From: Monocercomonoides exilis PA203 | Taxonomy: Eukaryota; Protista; Preaxostyla | Length of the DNA stretch: 64,000 nucleotides | Assembly (NCBI GenBank): GCA_001643675.2 | Contig: LSRY02000024.1 | Coordinates: 620,001-684,000 of the forward strand | Direction of reading: 5' to 3' | Shown here: positions 20,972 to 34,624 of the stretch, one piece after another | How the letters are laid out: each line of letters opens with the position of its first letter | Position numbering within the stretch: the stretch's first letter is position 1 | Translations under genes and position numbers: made by a program | Notes under the pieces: model-generated | Databases searched by the model: none | Told to the model about the DNA's origin: nothing | What the model saw: the letters and a program-made list of their open reading frames with translations, nothing else

Positions 20972-21326
20972 TATTGACATCAAATTATCCATGAATTTCC
21001 AAAAAAGGATAAAGCTAATTTGTTGCTTTTGATCTTTATTATGTTTCAATTAAAATAAAAAAAAAGAAGCTTGTATATTTTATGGAAAAATTGAATCACA
21101 TTGATTTGGAAATTATTATTTGGAAGTGATCAAAAATGAGAACACTTTATTCGATTTGGGCTTTTCTTTCATTATAATCATTAAAATTTTGAAATTGTAT
21201 CCCAAATATAATTATTATAGAACAAAGTTGAGATTTTTATTGAAAATATTTATTTTGAGACTGATTCATTCACATCAAACATTAAATTGATCTGTTTATT
21301 ACATAATAATAATTTTTTGAATGTGA

Positions 21327-24300
21327 TGGTTTGGTTTTTTTTTGCTTTTTCCATGTTGCATTTGCCAAATACATGGTAGGAATACTTTAAAAGATTATAA
21401 TCAACTAATACAATGTTCGTTTCAACGAACTTTGAGTCTTCAAAGCAAAACTGAAGAAATGAAATTTGGTGCTTGTTTCACTTCTTCAGTATGCTTATGC
21501 TCTTTACAAATGCAAATAATAGAAACAAAAATGCAACATTCATTTGAAAGCGTATTAGGAGAAATTGATTCTGCATATTTTAGCTGTTTAAACTCAATGA
21601 TACAAATTTTTCAAACTTTTCTTGAATATGTTGACTCAAAAAGTGTTATTTCATGTGACTTATTTTCAAAAGTTTATATATCGCATAGTCAGGTTAATAC
21701 ACCTTCTGCATACTAGCTCATTCTCTTTTTGTATGCGATGGAAATTTTTATTTAAAGAACGTAAGTATCCGGCTTCAATCACCTTCGCAACAAGTTGGAG
21801 CCTTTATATCTGCTCGAATCGATATTTCTGAAAAAATTCGAAGCTGTATATGTGTTTCATGTTGTGTTTTTAATTCTTTTGCTGTGAACTCTGCATTCCC
21901 ATTTATCGGCAACGAGAGGACGCATGAATCAATAATTGTAAATGCCAATTTAACAATATCAGCAAAAATCCCACTCCTTGTCGAAAAATGAACATTGTTC
22001 AAGTGGAAAGCTTTTTAGAAAATTCAAAGTTTCAAAAAGTTATATCCCCTTTCGAAGGGCTGATTATGTATGGAATGATCAGCTCAGGAGGATTCGAGAC
22101 AAGAAATTGTTCTTTCGAGAAGTGCATTGTTCAACACGCATACAACTTTTCAGTGATAACATCCGGTTCAAAGCCAGTTCTATTTGCTGACTCTTCATTC
22201 AATTGTAGATCAAGCAATGATGGAGGAGCAATTCAGCATTGTATCCAATATCCATTATCAATTACTGGTTGCTTATTTTTCAACTGTCACACTGCAAAGC
22301 ATGGAGGTGCAATATTTGTTTTAAAAACAGTTGCAAGCGAACTGTCTACAATAAATAATACCATTGGAATGAATTGTTCGGCAGATCTTCATGGAGGATT
22401 TGTTAATAGCGACTACAGAAAACATTTTGACATGGAAAAAACAAATGTTACCAACTGCTGTGCAGCAACTAATTGTGGCGGGATTTATCTTAATAGATAC
22501 CCCTGCGACATAACAATTCAATGCTGCAGCTTTAATTCTTTGAAAGAAAGTTCATGCTCTTCACAGTTATCTAGTGGATGTCTGCTTGTTGGAGATGGAG
22601 AAAACGTAGTAATTACAGATTGCAGCTTTGACCAATGCAATGGATATGCGGCTGGAGGTATCAACTTTGCAGGAGATGGAAGCTATGGAGGTGACTATTC
22701 CACAATTGTGATGTTTTGTTATTTTAAAGGAAATTTTGCAAGCTCTGGAGGAAAAGATATTTCATTTTCGGGACTTTGGGTTGGCCATGCTGTCAGTCAT
22801 TGCTAAAGGAATGCAGATCTTTAACGCAAGACCCAAACAGAATAATGAACGGAAGCACAGATGTTAGCCATTGGATCCAAAAATATTTTCAAGAGTTGCG
22901 TGTGAATCGAGACGTTGGTATAGATCATAAAGCATGTGGACTGCATGAACGAAAATGCAAAACAATCAGTTTTATTCCTGAATTGGTTGATTCGCAAGCA
23001 TCCAGCGCAACGAAAGTCTTGATTGAATCCTTATTGTTAGTCGAGAATGGTTGCAACGTGGATTCAAAAAGCATTGAAGTCGAGAAGAGTGTTTGCGAAG
23101 AGGTAATAATAACAACAGCTCTCTCATCAGAGGCATTGTTCTCTGTTGAAAATGGGCACTTGTGCACAAGCTCGCTGTCAATCATTCATGATTCAACCCG
23201 ATCAACTTCAGATACTTCAATTTTCCTTTTATCTTAAACAGGAACTTTGATTGTTAGGCAATGCTCAATTTCATCAGATGATAATCATTGTGAAGCGACT
23301 TCGTTCACAAATTCTATATTTGTTTTGAAAAGTGGTGAAGCTTTTATCGAGAAAACAAAAATTTCATCATTTTGATTCATGGATATTTCATGCATTTCGT
23401 TTGAATCTGCATGCACTCTAACAATTACAAACAGTACACTTGAATCAATTTCTAGAGAAGTCGGAAATGGAGGAGGAATATATGGTATCATCGGGCAAAG
23501 TTCGATCGTGGAAATTATTGGATGCAATGTCGAAAATTGAATTGTTAATCGAGGAAATGGTGGTGGGATATATATTATACTTGAAAGCGAAGGAAATATG
23601 GTTATTGGAGATGAAGCAAACAATACCCGTTTATCATGTTGCTCGGCAGTAAGTTTAAACGAAGTCAGAGGATATGGAGGTGGCATGTGGATAGGAAGCG
23701 AAATTGAAGACATATCACTCAATTTTATAAGTCCTGCCTTTACCAAAAATACAGCGTTAATGGGAAGAGATCTATTCGCATCTTTTAAGGATCTTCGAAC
23801 AAAAGTCAACAGCACATCATTTTCTTGGGCTCTAAATATGAATTCTAATCAAAAACTGAATTCATTATGCAGAATTGATAATGGATTTTTTACAAGTTTG
23901 ACTGATCTGCTCATATTCATCACTGGACAAAAATTGCCGCTCGTAATTGAAAATGACAGAATAGGAGACAATGCAATTTACTGCGGAAGAGAAGTGCCCT
24001 GTAAAACTTTGGATTATTCTGTTCTCCAAGCAGAAGGAGAAGGGATGCTCACTTTGTCCGTTGATGGATTTGCTTCGCTCGCCTCTGAAATAACTTTGAA
24101 CTCCCACACAATTAAATCAAGTAATGAGACTTATAGCAAACTTTATGTGGATAACACGCTTTGCAGACTTTCTGGATCTGTGATAACTGTTCTTGGATCA
24201 CTGAAGTTATTGCGAATTGAACTTTCAATTCCCTCAGAATTTTCAGAACTGCACGAAGTGCTAATTTTTTCATCTGCTTCCGAGGGAAAAATCGAAGTTG

Positions 24301-27300
24301 AGAAATATCGATTTGAAAAACAGACATCAGAACAAATTTCATATTTGCTGTTTCGCATTTCTGGAGGAGGTTTCGAAATGGATGATGTTGTAATGTCAGA
24401 AATGACCTTTTCAAATTTCGTATTTGTGTTATCAAATAATGTGGAAGCATCTGTTAGACAACTCAATTTTGCTCAAATTGAGTTATCTGAATCATTGTTC
24501 ACATTTTATGAAGACCCTATTCTTCAACGTTCTTTGTATTCAGCAGAGAATAACATTTCTTCGTCTTATGTGTTTCAATCCTGCTTATTTTATGATCTGA
24601 TTGTCTCGAATAACGATTGCGCAGCAATTGTCTCGGAAAGGATATCAACTTCAGTTTCTTTTGATGGATGCTCATTCGAAAAAATTTCATCAGTAAATAG
24701 CGCAGAGGGAGGCGCAATTCGAGTCTCAATTGAAGAATCTGGAGAATTTTCATTGAATGAGACAACAGTGGGAAGAGAGTGCAACTGCGAATATTCGACG
24801 CATGGAAAAGGAGGCTTCATTTGCATAAATTGCCTAAACAGGAGAAGTGATTTTTCGTTGGATAAGCTGATCTTTCAGGAAAATATGGCTTTTACAGGGC
24901 ACAACGTGTATATTAGTTGCGACAGCTGATTGAGAAGTTTTTCCATCTGTATTTTCGTTTGCGCTTTCTATTGATAAATTAGAATGGGATAATTCTCTAA
25001 TGGGGAATGATAAAGCTTGGCTTAGTGCGCATACAGAAAATCTGTTCTATTTGATTGTTGGATATAGCGCTTCTCTCATATATGTTACACAAGCAAACGG
25101 AATGGATCACATTGGATGCGTACTACCTTAGTTTCAGTGCAAAAGCGTATCCTTTGGCATCACGCGATTAACAGACAATGATGAGAAAAGCATTGCAATT
25201 GATAAAAGTGCTTATCTTGAATGCGAATTAATTCTTAGCAACCTCAATATCTCTTCTTCAAATGAGAAAATAGCAGTTTTAATAGTGAAAGAAGATATGC
25301 AAAATACAACAAACAGTTTGATTTCTGTATTTAAAGGTGTACTACATGGAATAACGCTTTCTCTCCCTCCTCTTTTGGAAAAGCATACAACTTTTATTGA
25401 AATATGTGAACAACTGACCGTTGTTGATTGTTCAATTGAAAGTTGCGAAGAAAATTCTCTTTCAATAAATTATGATCTGTTTTTCATCAAAGCAGGTTAG
25501 CTGGAGATACGCGGGCTTCGGGGCAAGGATACAAAGTTTAAAAATATGAGTGTTATTTCGTTATTTTATTCTCCTATTTTGTTCAATGGGAGCGATATTT
25601 CTTTTGAAAACGTAGAATTTTCTGTGGCAAATATTATCAAAAAAGTGGATGGAGCATCTTCTCACAAACAATTAATTTTTATTCAGAAATTATTGTTGAG
25701 CAACTCCACACAGGCTGAATTTGGCTGGCTGATAAACCTTAATTCTGTAGAATTTGAAATTCAAGATTCAAAAATGAACTATGTGCACTTCTTTGCATGC
25801 AATGGTATGGCTTTAAATGCTTCGAATAGCTCCATTCGTATTTCGAACTGTTCAATATCTGAACTCAGCAACTTGCAAGGCGAATCCAATGATATTGAGC
25901 TTGACGAACAACATTTGAGCTGCAGATTTGATGGTTCACTGGTTGCAATACAGGGTTGCGATACTATTATTGATTCGACGACTTTTGCTAACGCGTCGAT
26001 TGGTGCGGTTTCTGTGATCGGAGGAAATTCTGTGTTGGCTGATGTGACATTCATTAACAATACAGTTAATCTGGCGGGATATAACAATGTACGTCGGAAT
26101 ATAATGTGTGAAAATGGATCGCAAACAATTGATTCGTATTCAGACGAAACTGGGAAAAGAGATCTATATTATCTTCGTGAAGAGGAATATATTGAGCTTT
26201 GGATTCAAAGTTACGGCTGTTCGATACATGGATTAGTAAATTTGGAAAGAGAAGAAAACGATGTTATACCAGAAAATGTTACATCGAATTTTTCTCAAAA
26301 AGTGTTTCTTTTTTGTCGTCCATTCATCTCTTCCATTAATAGAAGCGAAAACGAAGACAAGATTACAGTTCGTTTTGAAGGAGCCAATCTTCTCCCTTGC
26401 CTCTTCACATTTGAACTTTTTTCGGTTAATACATCAAATGGAAAGGATGAAATGGATGCAATACCTCTTTCATTACTCACATGTGCATTTATTAGTCAAA
26501 ATGAGTGTATTGTTGAAGCCTCAAAAGCCCAATTACAATCCGAATTCAACGTGCAAGAAATTCAGATTTGGTTGAAGGCTGTACTGAAGTTGAAGGAGGA
26601 CACGCTTTCTGGATCGCGTTCTCATGGAGGACAAATTGTAAAGACAGGAAGCATTTTGCTACAAGATGTTCTTCCTCCGATTAATGATCCTTCTTCTGTA
26701 CCAGAAACAAATTCAAAAGCTTTTCCTTAGTAGATAATATTAATCATTATTGGAGTTCTTGTTATTGAAGTGATTATTGTAGTAATTGTTGTTTCACAAA
26801 AGAAGAATTCTAAAAAATTAACAGCAATTGAAATCGGGGAATTAGAAGAAGAGATAATAAAGAAGGATTCAATACCCATTCGACAAGTGGAAAACGCTGA
26901 ATTGACAATGAATCGTACGCATGAACGACTTTTAAAAGAAGATGGCCCACCGTCTGTTGTTCAGATTGTGAATGCATCATCGACAGAATTATTAGAACTT
27001 CAAGATAATAAGCTTGGAATTTCTTCACTGAATCTGAGAAATGAGAAGGAAAGATTTAAGGAATTGAATGAAAATTCACAACTAGAAGAATGGGAGGAGA
27101 GCCATTCTGGAAAGTTATCTGGAGATGCCAGGGCATTTGATACAGCTCGATGTGCATCCGCTTTGAGACAGTGTCCTTCACATTTTCTTTTCCAAAGTGA
27201 TTCTTCTGAACTAATGACGGATTCTTCGAGAGCAGAGCTCTTAGCAAATGAAAGCAGAATTGGTTTACAAGAGCTGGAATGCTCTTTATCGAATAATGAT

Positions 27301-27474
27301 TACGAATCTGGACAAATAATCGTTGGAGATACAAATTCGCTTTGCTACAACTTTGAAGAGGAAATACCAGGAAAGGATTCTTCTTCCTTTTTAATGAAGA
27401 ATCCTTTTCAAGAAAACGATTTTTCCGCTGCTTACAATGACAGTTTTGCTGAGAAAAGGGCATACTGCAACTAA
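21327..27474 (+). pseudogene. Pseudogene of a large Pmp-like/beta-helix single-pass membrane protein
   Basis: Consecutive ORF fragments (21988-22806, 22776-23237, 23598-24929, 25285-25500, 25546-26730, 26770-27474) carry GGAI/GGGI repeats, CG...(P)CKT modules and YNNVRRNIMC and NLLPC motifs similar to the giant paralogs. The TM segment FP**IILIIIGVLV is at ~26722-26790. Multiple in-frame stops and frameshifts. Confidence 0.8.
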
Positions 27475-28091
27475 AAGCACATCAGTTATTTTTCACAATT
27501 TAATCGTTCCAAGAAAAAATAGAAGTTATATAAGTTAATTATAATCCCTTTGTTATGAAAACATGAAAAAATTTCAAAAAAACTTGAAATTGAGTAAGTA
27601 AATTTAAAAAACAAAAAATATTGATCCTGTGATCACTTTGATAAGAAATTTTCAGATATTTAATTCTCGCGAAATAAGGCTTTTCTGAATGTTAAAATAG
27701 TATTTCTGCATTGACATCAAACGTGTGCATGTATGAATTACGAAAAAGAGACAAAATTTGAGGATAAAAAATAAAGTGTGTTTACAACTCTCTTATCGTT
27801 TTCTATTTTTTTCACTTTTTAAAAACTTCATTGTCTATAAATCCATTTATTTCAGACATATAAACTATACTCTATTAAACTGTTAACTTAAAGAACAGAA
27901 TAATAAAAACAAATGAATATTTTAAAGTTTCATTGATGTCCTTCAAGTTTCATTATGCCGAGAAAAGCGAAATAATCCCAGTTTGTGGGGCTAGTTTGAA
28001 TGATCCAAGTATTTCATGTTTTGGTGATAACAAAAGTTCACCGCAACTAAATAATAAAAAGAAAGGAAAGGAATGAAGCAAAAGGAAGAAA

Positions 28092-28487
28092 ATGAAGCCG
28101 AATGAAAAGCAAGAGCTAAATGACATATGCGAAATCGTAGAAGACAATGGGGCTTCTGCTGATGCTTCAAGTGAATTATTGGGATTGAAACGAGAGGAAG
28201 ATGAAAAAATTTTCACTGAGAAATTGCCAGAGTATTATCATGCTTGTTCTTCAACTGCAAAGACTTCATTTCCGATATATAGCGATGTCGATGGAGAAAG
28301 AGAAAGTTGTGCTCAAAAGACAGAAATAAATTCAACTTTAAATGAACAAAATCAAAATAGAACAGATATCATTTGTGAAAACTCAAGCTCAAGCTCAAGC
28401 TCAAGCTCAAGTTCGATGAGTGCAATTCATGAAGAATCTGCACAGATGGGATCTGAATGTCCAATGGTTTCTGAACCACTTGAATAG
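28092..28487 (+). other. Short acidic/Ser-rich coding-like fragment, possibly a further decayed exon
   Basis: 131-aa ORF with coding-like composition and (CTCAAG)5 at 28382-28411 encoding poly-Ser. Neighbouring sequence is interrupted by stops. Confidence 0.3.
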
Positions 28488-29644
28488 AATGAGAAACATA
28501 TGTTACCCTCTGGCAATGAATCGGAACAATTCGAGACAGCTAACGAAGAAAAAGAGCAGACTCACAAAAAGAAGAGGAAGAAAAAGAAAGAGAAAACAAA
28601 AGAAACGATTCGTTAAACCAAAAACAGGAAAAACATAATTTAATGCGGTGATTTGAAAAGGAATTGAGACTGTAGATATGTTTTATGGAACAATATCAAG
28701 CTTACAGCATTTTCTTTTCAAGGAAGAGCCAGATTTAGATTAATGAGTGAATTTTTAATTTCATTAGTCATCCTTATTTGTGTTAATCGAATTTGGTTCG
28801 TTGCTTTCAAGAACTTCTTCTGAAAAGAATCAGTTTTTAGATGATTGTTGCCAAAGGAAAGAAAAGTACTCTGAAAAAATCCTTTTAGCCAACGAAAGAG
28901 TAAGTGCAGGGGAGGATTTGTTATGTAAATGGTTTTTATGTATTTTTTTATAATTATTTTTTATTCATTTCATCGAGTTCTATCATTAGTTTTCACATAT
29001 ACATATTTTTTTCATAACTTTCAAAGGTATTTTTGTTCGAGGTGATTCAATTTCACAAAAAACATTCTTTATGTATGATTTTTATTGAAGATTTGGCGGA
29101 ATGGTTAGAGAATCTCTTATTGTGTGCAGAGTTATGCTCAGAATGAAATGAGATGCTCTCTTCTGCAATTTTTATAATATGTGTTATTTTGTACAGACAT
29201 TTCAGAATATTTAATTTTTTACTAATGGTTTGATAAGTTTTGAATTTAAAAAGCTTTTTATTAATATTTTTTTGAAACAAAAATGCTTCTTAAAAATCGG
29301 CGATGAATTAACCATTTCATTTTTGAAAAACCGACATATGTTGAGCAATTGAAATGTCACTAATATTGTTTCACAATCACATGAACAAATTGTTTTATGA
29401 AAAATAAGCATTTTGCGTTCATTGAAGAAGGAATACATCTGTTCAAAAATTCCAAAATAGAAGTATTAAAAAATATCGATTAGAAATTCAAAGAAATGAT
29501 TGTGCAAAAATTGTAAATTAAAGAAAAAATTGATTGCAAGCTCTGATTTTCTTCTCAACAACTCTTTCAACAGGGATTCTGTAAAAAGAAATTTTTTCAT
29601 TATAAAGCAAAAAAAGAATCATAACCTTGAATCAATAAAATAAT

Positions 29645-29648
<4 letters not shown>

Positions 29649-29699
<51 letters not shown>
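29649..29699. repeat. Poly-A tract (~51 nt)
   Basis: Mononucleotide run read directly. Confidence 0.95.
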
Positions 29700-29700
<1 letters not shown>

Positions 29701-29910
29701 AGAATTAAAGATTCAGTTCTTTTAAAAGATTTCAAGTAAATCCATGAACATTCAAAAGAAATATTCTCAAGTATTATGAAACGAAAAGCTCAGGATTAAA
29801 ATAACACTCTTAAGAAACTTTAAACCCATTAGCTTCTAACAACATTTACAAACTTAAAACCTCAACAAATGGGGGAAAAAAATAGAAAGAAAGAAATGCT
29901 CTTTCATGAA

Positions 29911-32900
29911 TTATGCATCATTCTCCTTTGGTTTGCTATCAAGCAACGCAATTGATTCGGCTGATTGATTTTTTGACGAAGTGTTAACAGCGTTTGAAAG
30001 ACTTCTTTGCAGCTTCTTCCCGCAAGGCCAATTGAAGCTCAGGAATATCTCCAATATCGGCAAGATGTTGCCAAAGTATCTCAAATACACAAATGTTCCA
30101 CCAAGCGAGGTTAGAAGCATCACCCATGTCATCTTCATTGAATGGCGAGTTAATGCCACAGTCTTTCCCAGCTGAAGATGCACATTCACCCCGAACCCAA
30201 TCTCCTTCAGCTGCTCCACATAATCCGGATTTGATCCCACAGAAAATTGTATGTAGTTCAACAGGTGACCTTTGGCAATTTCTGGAGTTGAACTCTTTTC
30301 ATTCCTGTAGATTGACTGTATCAGATCCAATGTGATATTAGAATTGGATGATCCCTTCAATATTCTGTCAGCGTCACTCACAAAAATTGACTCAACAGAA
30401 GAGGAGAAGGTATCAGGCCCAAATTTCAAGTTGTGTTGCACAGGAACAGCTGTGTCAACTGAAGCATACACCTGTATTGCTCTAGCTGATGCGTCTTTTT
30501 CCCTTGAGTGCATCGCAAAGAACTGGACGATTGAATTTACAATGGAATAATTGTCGTTTGAAGAATCGAGCACAATGGTGCAATGGTGAGTTGGCATGTA
30601 ATACAGATTTGTGGAAGGCTTTTGCGTGCATTTTGGTGCATTTGGGAATTTCAATGAAGGATAATGATCTGACATTTTGAGATTCACAAAAATAAGTCAA
30701 AGAAAAAAAATTAATTCATGAATTAATAATCAAATATATATATATATTCAGAAATATTAAAAAAAGCAAATGTGAATAGTGCATCGTAAAATAATTTGGC
30801 AAACCAAATGGATCAAATTGAGTCTTCCCAATGCCCAACTTTTCTGAGCACTTGCCAGATAGTTCTTGAGTTGTATTCTGTGGAGCTCCAACGCATTCCC
30901 CTGTATAATCCATCAGCATGATTTCAACATGAATGTTTTTATTTTTGAATGTTTCTAAGTCTGCTTCACTTTCCATCGACACATCGACAATAGACTTCGT
31001 CTCAACTGTGTTAAAAATAGCAAATGAGATTATGACCAGCAGTGATGCGCCAACCACAAAGAATATGCCCACAATTGAAAGGATACCTCCGCAAGTCGTC
31101 TTCCTAACCAGCTTTGTTCCTGAATGTGTTGCAAGATCATAAGAGTTGCAATATTCATCGGAATATGTATCCACAACATAAAGATAAGAACGGGTGGGGC
31201 ATAACAACAGGATGACTGATACAACAACTCCAATCAGCGCAAATCCGAGATATAAGCCAAGCATTAGATAGTTTTCCTTTTTCACCGGCGCTTCAAATGC
31301 CTCTGGCTGTGACGTCTTCTTTCCATCCGCTTTTGGAACAACATTGTCAGTTGTTGCCGAGCCGATTGGACAGAACTGCTCCGCCGTGCAATTGAGCATT
31401 TTGTCAGCTCCCGCTGTATCTGTGTACCGACCCTGTAAAACAGGTAAGCAAGAATCTCGTTTTGAACCTTTCATTTCTCCGACCGTACCAGGTGGGCACT
31501 TATTGCATGCTTTGCTGCCAAACTCGTCTGTGTAAGATCCGATTGGACAGTCAACGCATTCACCATTCTCATTCTCATATGTGCCCGGACTGCATGGAAC
31601 AACGTCTTTATTAAGAGAGAAGATGTACACATTGTCATGTGCTTGAGGGAGAACAGCTCGTCCTTTTCCAATTCGTCTTCCTCCAAAGCATATCACCTTC
31701 CGCTGGAAATAAGTGCAACTGCTTTCAACCAAATCAATGTGAGAATCTCCTCCAAGGGCTGATCCATCATCGTCTGTAACTTCCACATTTGCTTCTGAAT
31801 CAAATGTGACCATTCTGAACAGATCCTGAGCAGCTCCTCGCAGTTGTCCTCCCAGCATAAGTGCTCGAGTATCCATTGGAATTGACAGCCCATCTTTGAA
31901 GTTGAAAATTGACTGAACTGGATCGTCATTTGCAGCTTTGCGGAAATTCTTTTGCGATCGTTCATAAAGCGCATTCGTGTCATTATTATTCCTGGCTGTT
32001 TTATCATGGCCAGCAAAAACCTTTGTGTGTTGTTTTTCGTGTGAGTGTTTCATGATATTATTCCAATAAGTTCTCTCGTTACCTTCATTCCTTAAGGAAT
32101 GAGCATTTTCTTGGGCATTTGATGATAATTCATGAACAAGATCAACAACACCAAACGTTCTTATTGGCTCCGTCCCTGAATCACCTCCTAAAATAACCAT
32201 TGTTTTATGCATGCCATTATCTTCTGCTTCACTTGCGGAGTTTGTCGTATTCTTTTCTGCGATGTCTTGAGTATTGCGAGTTTCTTTGAAAGAAAATCTC
32301 GATCTCTTTTTTGCACTAAACTTATCCATATGTGGATGAGGCACCATATCCATCACAAAAGTAGTTCCTTTTTCAAAAGCAGCGCCCAAATTGATGTTGA
32401 ACTCCCATTCGTCTGTAGCGAAGTTAAAAACATATCCGTGATGAGACAGCGTCCCATCTGCAAGCTTCCCGCTGAAACACATGAAATAGTCGAGATAAAT
32501 TCCACATGATGGAGCGGACACAGGAAGTGGATGTACTGAAGAGGATTTTACCAACTTCTTCCAGGACATAGTAGCGAAGCGGAACTCCCACAGTTCCGAT
32601 GACTCCTCAATTATCCCTGTCTGAGGATTGGGGCCTCTTCCTCCAAAGATGAGAAGCCGCCCGCTGTCGCACACAGCAGACGCTAACTCGCGTGCGGGTG
32701 GTACTTCAGACAGAACATTTGGCGAAGCGTCAAAATCAATCTGAGTCCATGTCTTTGTCTCAAAGTCGAGGAAATGAAGGTCACTCAAAATGGTTCCCGT
32801 CTCCACTTCCCGCCCACCATAGACATAAAGCGAGCCACCAAAAGTGCCAACAATCGCATTGACGCGCGCAGAGGGTGCAAAGAAGTTCACTTTCATCAGA

Positions 32901-34261
32901 AGTTGAAATGGCGATTCAGCATTCACTTCCGCGGTAAGAGGGTCAAAGATACGTTCCGAATTGGACTGCGTAACTGGAATTCCCATAAAACTGTGCGAAA
33001 TATCTGAAGAAGGAGAGGAAGAAAATTGTCTATCTCCATCACTTAAATATTTTGAATAGCCGAATAAATCATTCTGAAGTGATTTCGTGCACATTTTGTT
33101 TCTAAATCTCCTTCTGCGTTCGTAAGCTTCCTGCGAATATGTGCTGGCTTCTGTCTGTTCAAAGGATAAATCTTCCTTCGCCACAACGATTAGATCAGAG
33201 TTCAAATATTGCCCCTTCCTTCCCCCGAAAATATACAAATTTCCATTATCGTCCGTGGTGCATGCGCAATCTCCCCTGCTCAGCGAATATCTTTTTGTTG
33301 GTTCGTGATCAAAAACTATCTCTTTAAATTTGGCTGATACTTCACCAGGCTCATCGCTCGTTGCTTTTGTGCAGTCAAGGATAAGAAGGGATGTTGCAAC
33401 ATTAAACGGACTGTTTGCTTCCCATCCTCCAAAGATGTATGAAGTAGCGCTGCCCCCTGATATGTATGTCGCATGTCCAAAATTCGATCTTGAATTTGGT
33501 ATGTCACTTTCTTCTCCTTTAACATTAACGATCTTCACTTTTTCCCAATCTGAAGGAACATTTGCATCGATTTTAACTCGACGTATCTTCAACGTTGGTA
33601 CTTCTTCGGCACCTGTATCACCTCCATAGACAATCGCGAAGCCATTGGAAACCAACATTCCAGCGCCTTTGCAAGGCTCGGGTGTGTCTCCATTTTCAGA
33701 TATCTTCGCTTCTGTCCACCGCTTTGCGTCAATGTCAAACATCCAAACATCGTTAAGGAGTCCGTCAGTGCAAATTCCTCCGAATATATACAACTTATTT
33801 TCGCTCATCGCATATGCCATTGAATGTCTCGCTTTTGGTATTGTATTCCCTTGGTCAACTTCGCTCCACTGGCAAACAGCTATATCAAACATATAAAGAG
33901 TGTTTGAAAATCCTGTTTCCTTACATCCACCCCAGATGTAAATCTTATTTTCAATTCTAAACTGAGCAAATGACTTAACCAAAGGTTTTTGGCTTTCTTG
34001 AGGAATCTGAACGATGTCGTTGTGAATGGGGTTTATTTTTGTAATAAATACATCGGATAACAATCTTTCATGATATGTAACACCTCCACCGATAAATAAA
34101 CTCGGAGAAGCGTCTGAAACAATGTACTGAAATATTGGAGAATATCTCGGGTTAATTTGCACTCCAAATTCAGGAAAACTGCTTATAGAATGGACAATTT
34201 GCTTTTTTGAAACGCAATTTGCAAAACTAACTGCAACTGCAATTAAATAAATCAAATTCAT
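29911..34261 (-). CDS. Kelch-repeat, Cys-rich (ephrin-receptor-like/GCC2-GCC3) multi-pass membrane protein, ~1,404 aa; exons 34261-30805 and 30668-29911
   Basis: Signal peptide, many kelch units (IYIWGG, LYIFGG, LYVYGG, LLIFGG with downstream W), and CSPGTY..CVDCPIGSY..CNKCPPGT. Three hydrophobic helices. A phase-1 GT-AG intron at 30804-30669 joins the two ORFs in frame. Confidence 0.85.
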
Positions 34262-34624
34262 TTTGATCAGGTATTTACATAATCAATTATTTTTTCTCAT
34301 TCGCATTTTTGTTGAAAGTCAACTTTGGCACTATGATTTTATTTGGAAAGATAATGTTCGTTAATTTTTTTCAAAATAATGATAATAATAAAGAAAAAGA
34401 AAGAGAAATTTGTAAGATATATGCCAAAGATTGTTTTCAAAATTCACCTAGTCACAACTTTTTGAATTGGAATCCAAATCAACAGCAAAGAGCTAAAGAA
34501 GATTAAAAATTAAAAAAAAAAGGATAGAAGCCAAGATAAGGAAATAAAAATGCAATATCAATTAAATAATTCTAGCACAATAATCAAATAACATCATTAA
34601 ATATTAATATAGCTCATCTAAATC

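Noticed and set aside
26728-26733. Tandem TAG TAG where Trp-Trp is expected (FP**II), plus a TAG at the conserved Trp of the Merlin transposase; suggests stop-codon recoding or A-to-I editing
   Set aside because: The same pseudogenes contain frameshifts and TAA/TGA/TAG at non-Trp positions. The intact giant ORFs have no internal stops and CK1 ends in TAG. Ordinary decay explains it.
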